Position numbers and translations under genes: made by a program. Positions 63,250 through 64,000 of a stretch of DNA of 64,000 bases are shown here, in pieces (within the stretch, counting starts at the first letter, position 1; each line of letters starts with the position of its first letter). This DNA is from Candidatus Dormiibacterota bacterium (lineage in GTDB: Bacteria; Chloroflexota; Dormibacteria; Aeolococcales; Aeolococcaceae): positions 96,001 to 160,000 of the forward strand of contig CAVPXI010000013.1 in assembly GCA_963709585.1 (NCBI GenBank), read 5' to 3'. A model generated the notes under the pieces. The model was not told where the DNA came from. It was given only the letters and a program-made list of their open reading frames with translations, and searched no databases.

Positions 63250-63601
63250 ATGGCGACGTTCTTGTTCTCCTACCGGGTGCCGCGCACCCCCCTCGCGCAG
63301 GTGCTGGCAGCACTCGACGAGCCGGCCCGCGAGACACGTATGGCTGCGTGGAATGCGTGGTTCGAAGGGACTCGGCGACCGCCTCGTGCAGCGGGGAAAC
63401 CCGGTCAACGACGCGCAAGCGCTTGGCAAATGCACCGCTGCCACCAGGATCGGGGGCTATTCGTTGGTGTCCGCCAACCTCGATGCGGCGGTCGCGCTGG
63501 CGAAGGGATGCCCAGGTTTGGAGTGGGGCGGCGGCGTCGAAGTCGGCGAGTTCATCGAGATCGGACAGCCGCAGCGCACCCAGGCGGAGGCGCGGCCGTG
63601 A
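63250..63601 (+). CDS. YciI-related protein; apparent frameshift near 63367
   Basis: 'MATFLFSYR...AAWNAWFE' joined to 'GLGDRLV...IGGYSLV...AKGCP...GGVEVGE'. Confidence 0.75.
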
Positions 63602-64000
63602 CCAACCGAGTTCGTGCGTCGTGGTTCCGCCACAGTCGCGCACGACCGTAGGCGATCGGTGCGCATTTGGACGCTGGCGCTCACGTCGTTGGCGGCGTTC
63701 ATGGTGTCGCTGGACGCGCTGGTCGTCGTCACTGCTCTGCCGTCGATTCAACGCGACCTCCGCGCTGACCTGTCCACCCTTGAGTGGACGCTCAACGCGT
63801 ACACACTCGCGTTCGCGGCGGGCATCGTCACCGCCGCCGCGCTCGGAGACCGCTTCGGCCGCCGCCGGGTGTTCGCCGGAGGCCTGGCGCTGTTCAGCGT
63901 GGCCTCGGCCGCGTGCGCGCTGGCGCCGACACCTGAGGCGCTGATCGCTGCCCGGGCCGTGCAGGGATTGGGAGCCGCCGTGGTGACCCCGCTTGCCCTG
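63598..64000 (+). CDS. DHA2 MFS transporter, 5' part (runs off the window)
   Basis: 'AAFMVSLDALVVVTALP', 'LGDRFGRRR'; the GTG start joins this frame if one T is removed at 63608-63613. Confidence 0.85.

Noticed and set aside
1-64000. Integrase, prophage or conjugation module driving the array
   Set aside because: No ORF shows tyrosine or serine recombinase, phage structural or relaxase motifs; the only recombinases are IS110, whose guides match their own ends rather than the P or G repeats.

Overview
High-GC bacterial accessory region (gene content resembles soil Actinomycetota/Chloroflexota/Dormibacterota; taxonomy is inference). It has no housekeeping genes, no intact tRNA and no integrase. 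The organising structure is non-coding. Eight co-oriented copies of a composite repeat, built around the 47-bp 3' half of a tRNA-Pro(GGG) (minus strand) with conserved flanking arms, divide 15-59 kb into 1.8-10.6 kb cargo segments. A second family of four co-oriented repeats, derived from a tRNA-Gly(CCC) 3' half, divides 6.7-15 kb the same way. Together they look like an integron-like, tRNA-att-delimited cassette array whose recombinase would have to act in trans. Cargo includes transporters, two-component systems, STAND-LuxR regulators, ECF sigma operons (one present twice, inverted), a duplicated PIN/RHH toxin-antitoxin pair, redox enzymes and many gene fragments. Also present: a complete IS110 element whose bridge-RNA guides can be read against its own ends and target, a truncated second IS110, and a three-member Zn-ribbon microprotein family. 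About 12 frameshifts, stops or extra bases fall on GAGTC/GACTC and are probably methylation-linked sequencing artefacts rather than true pseudogenes.
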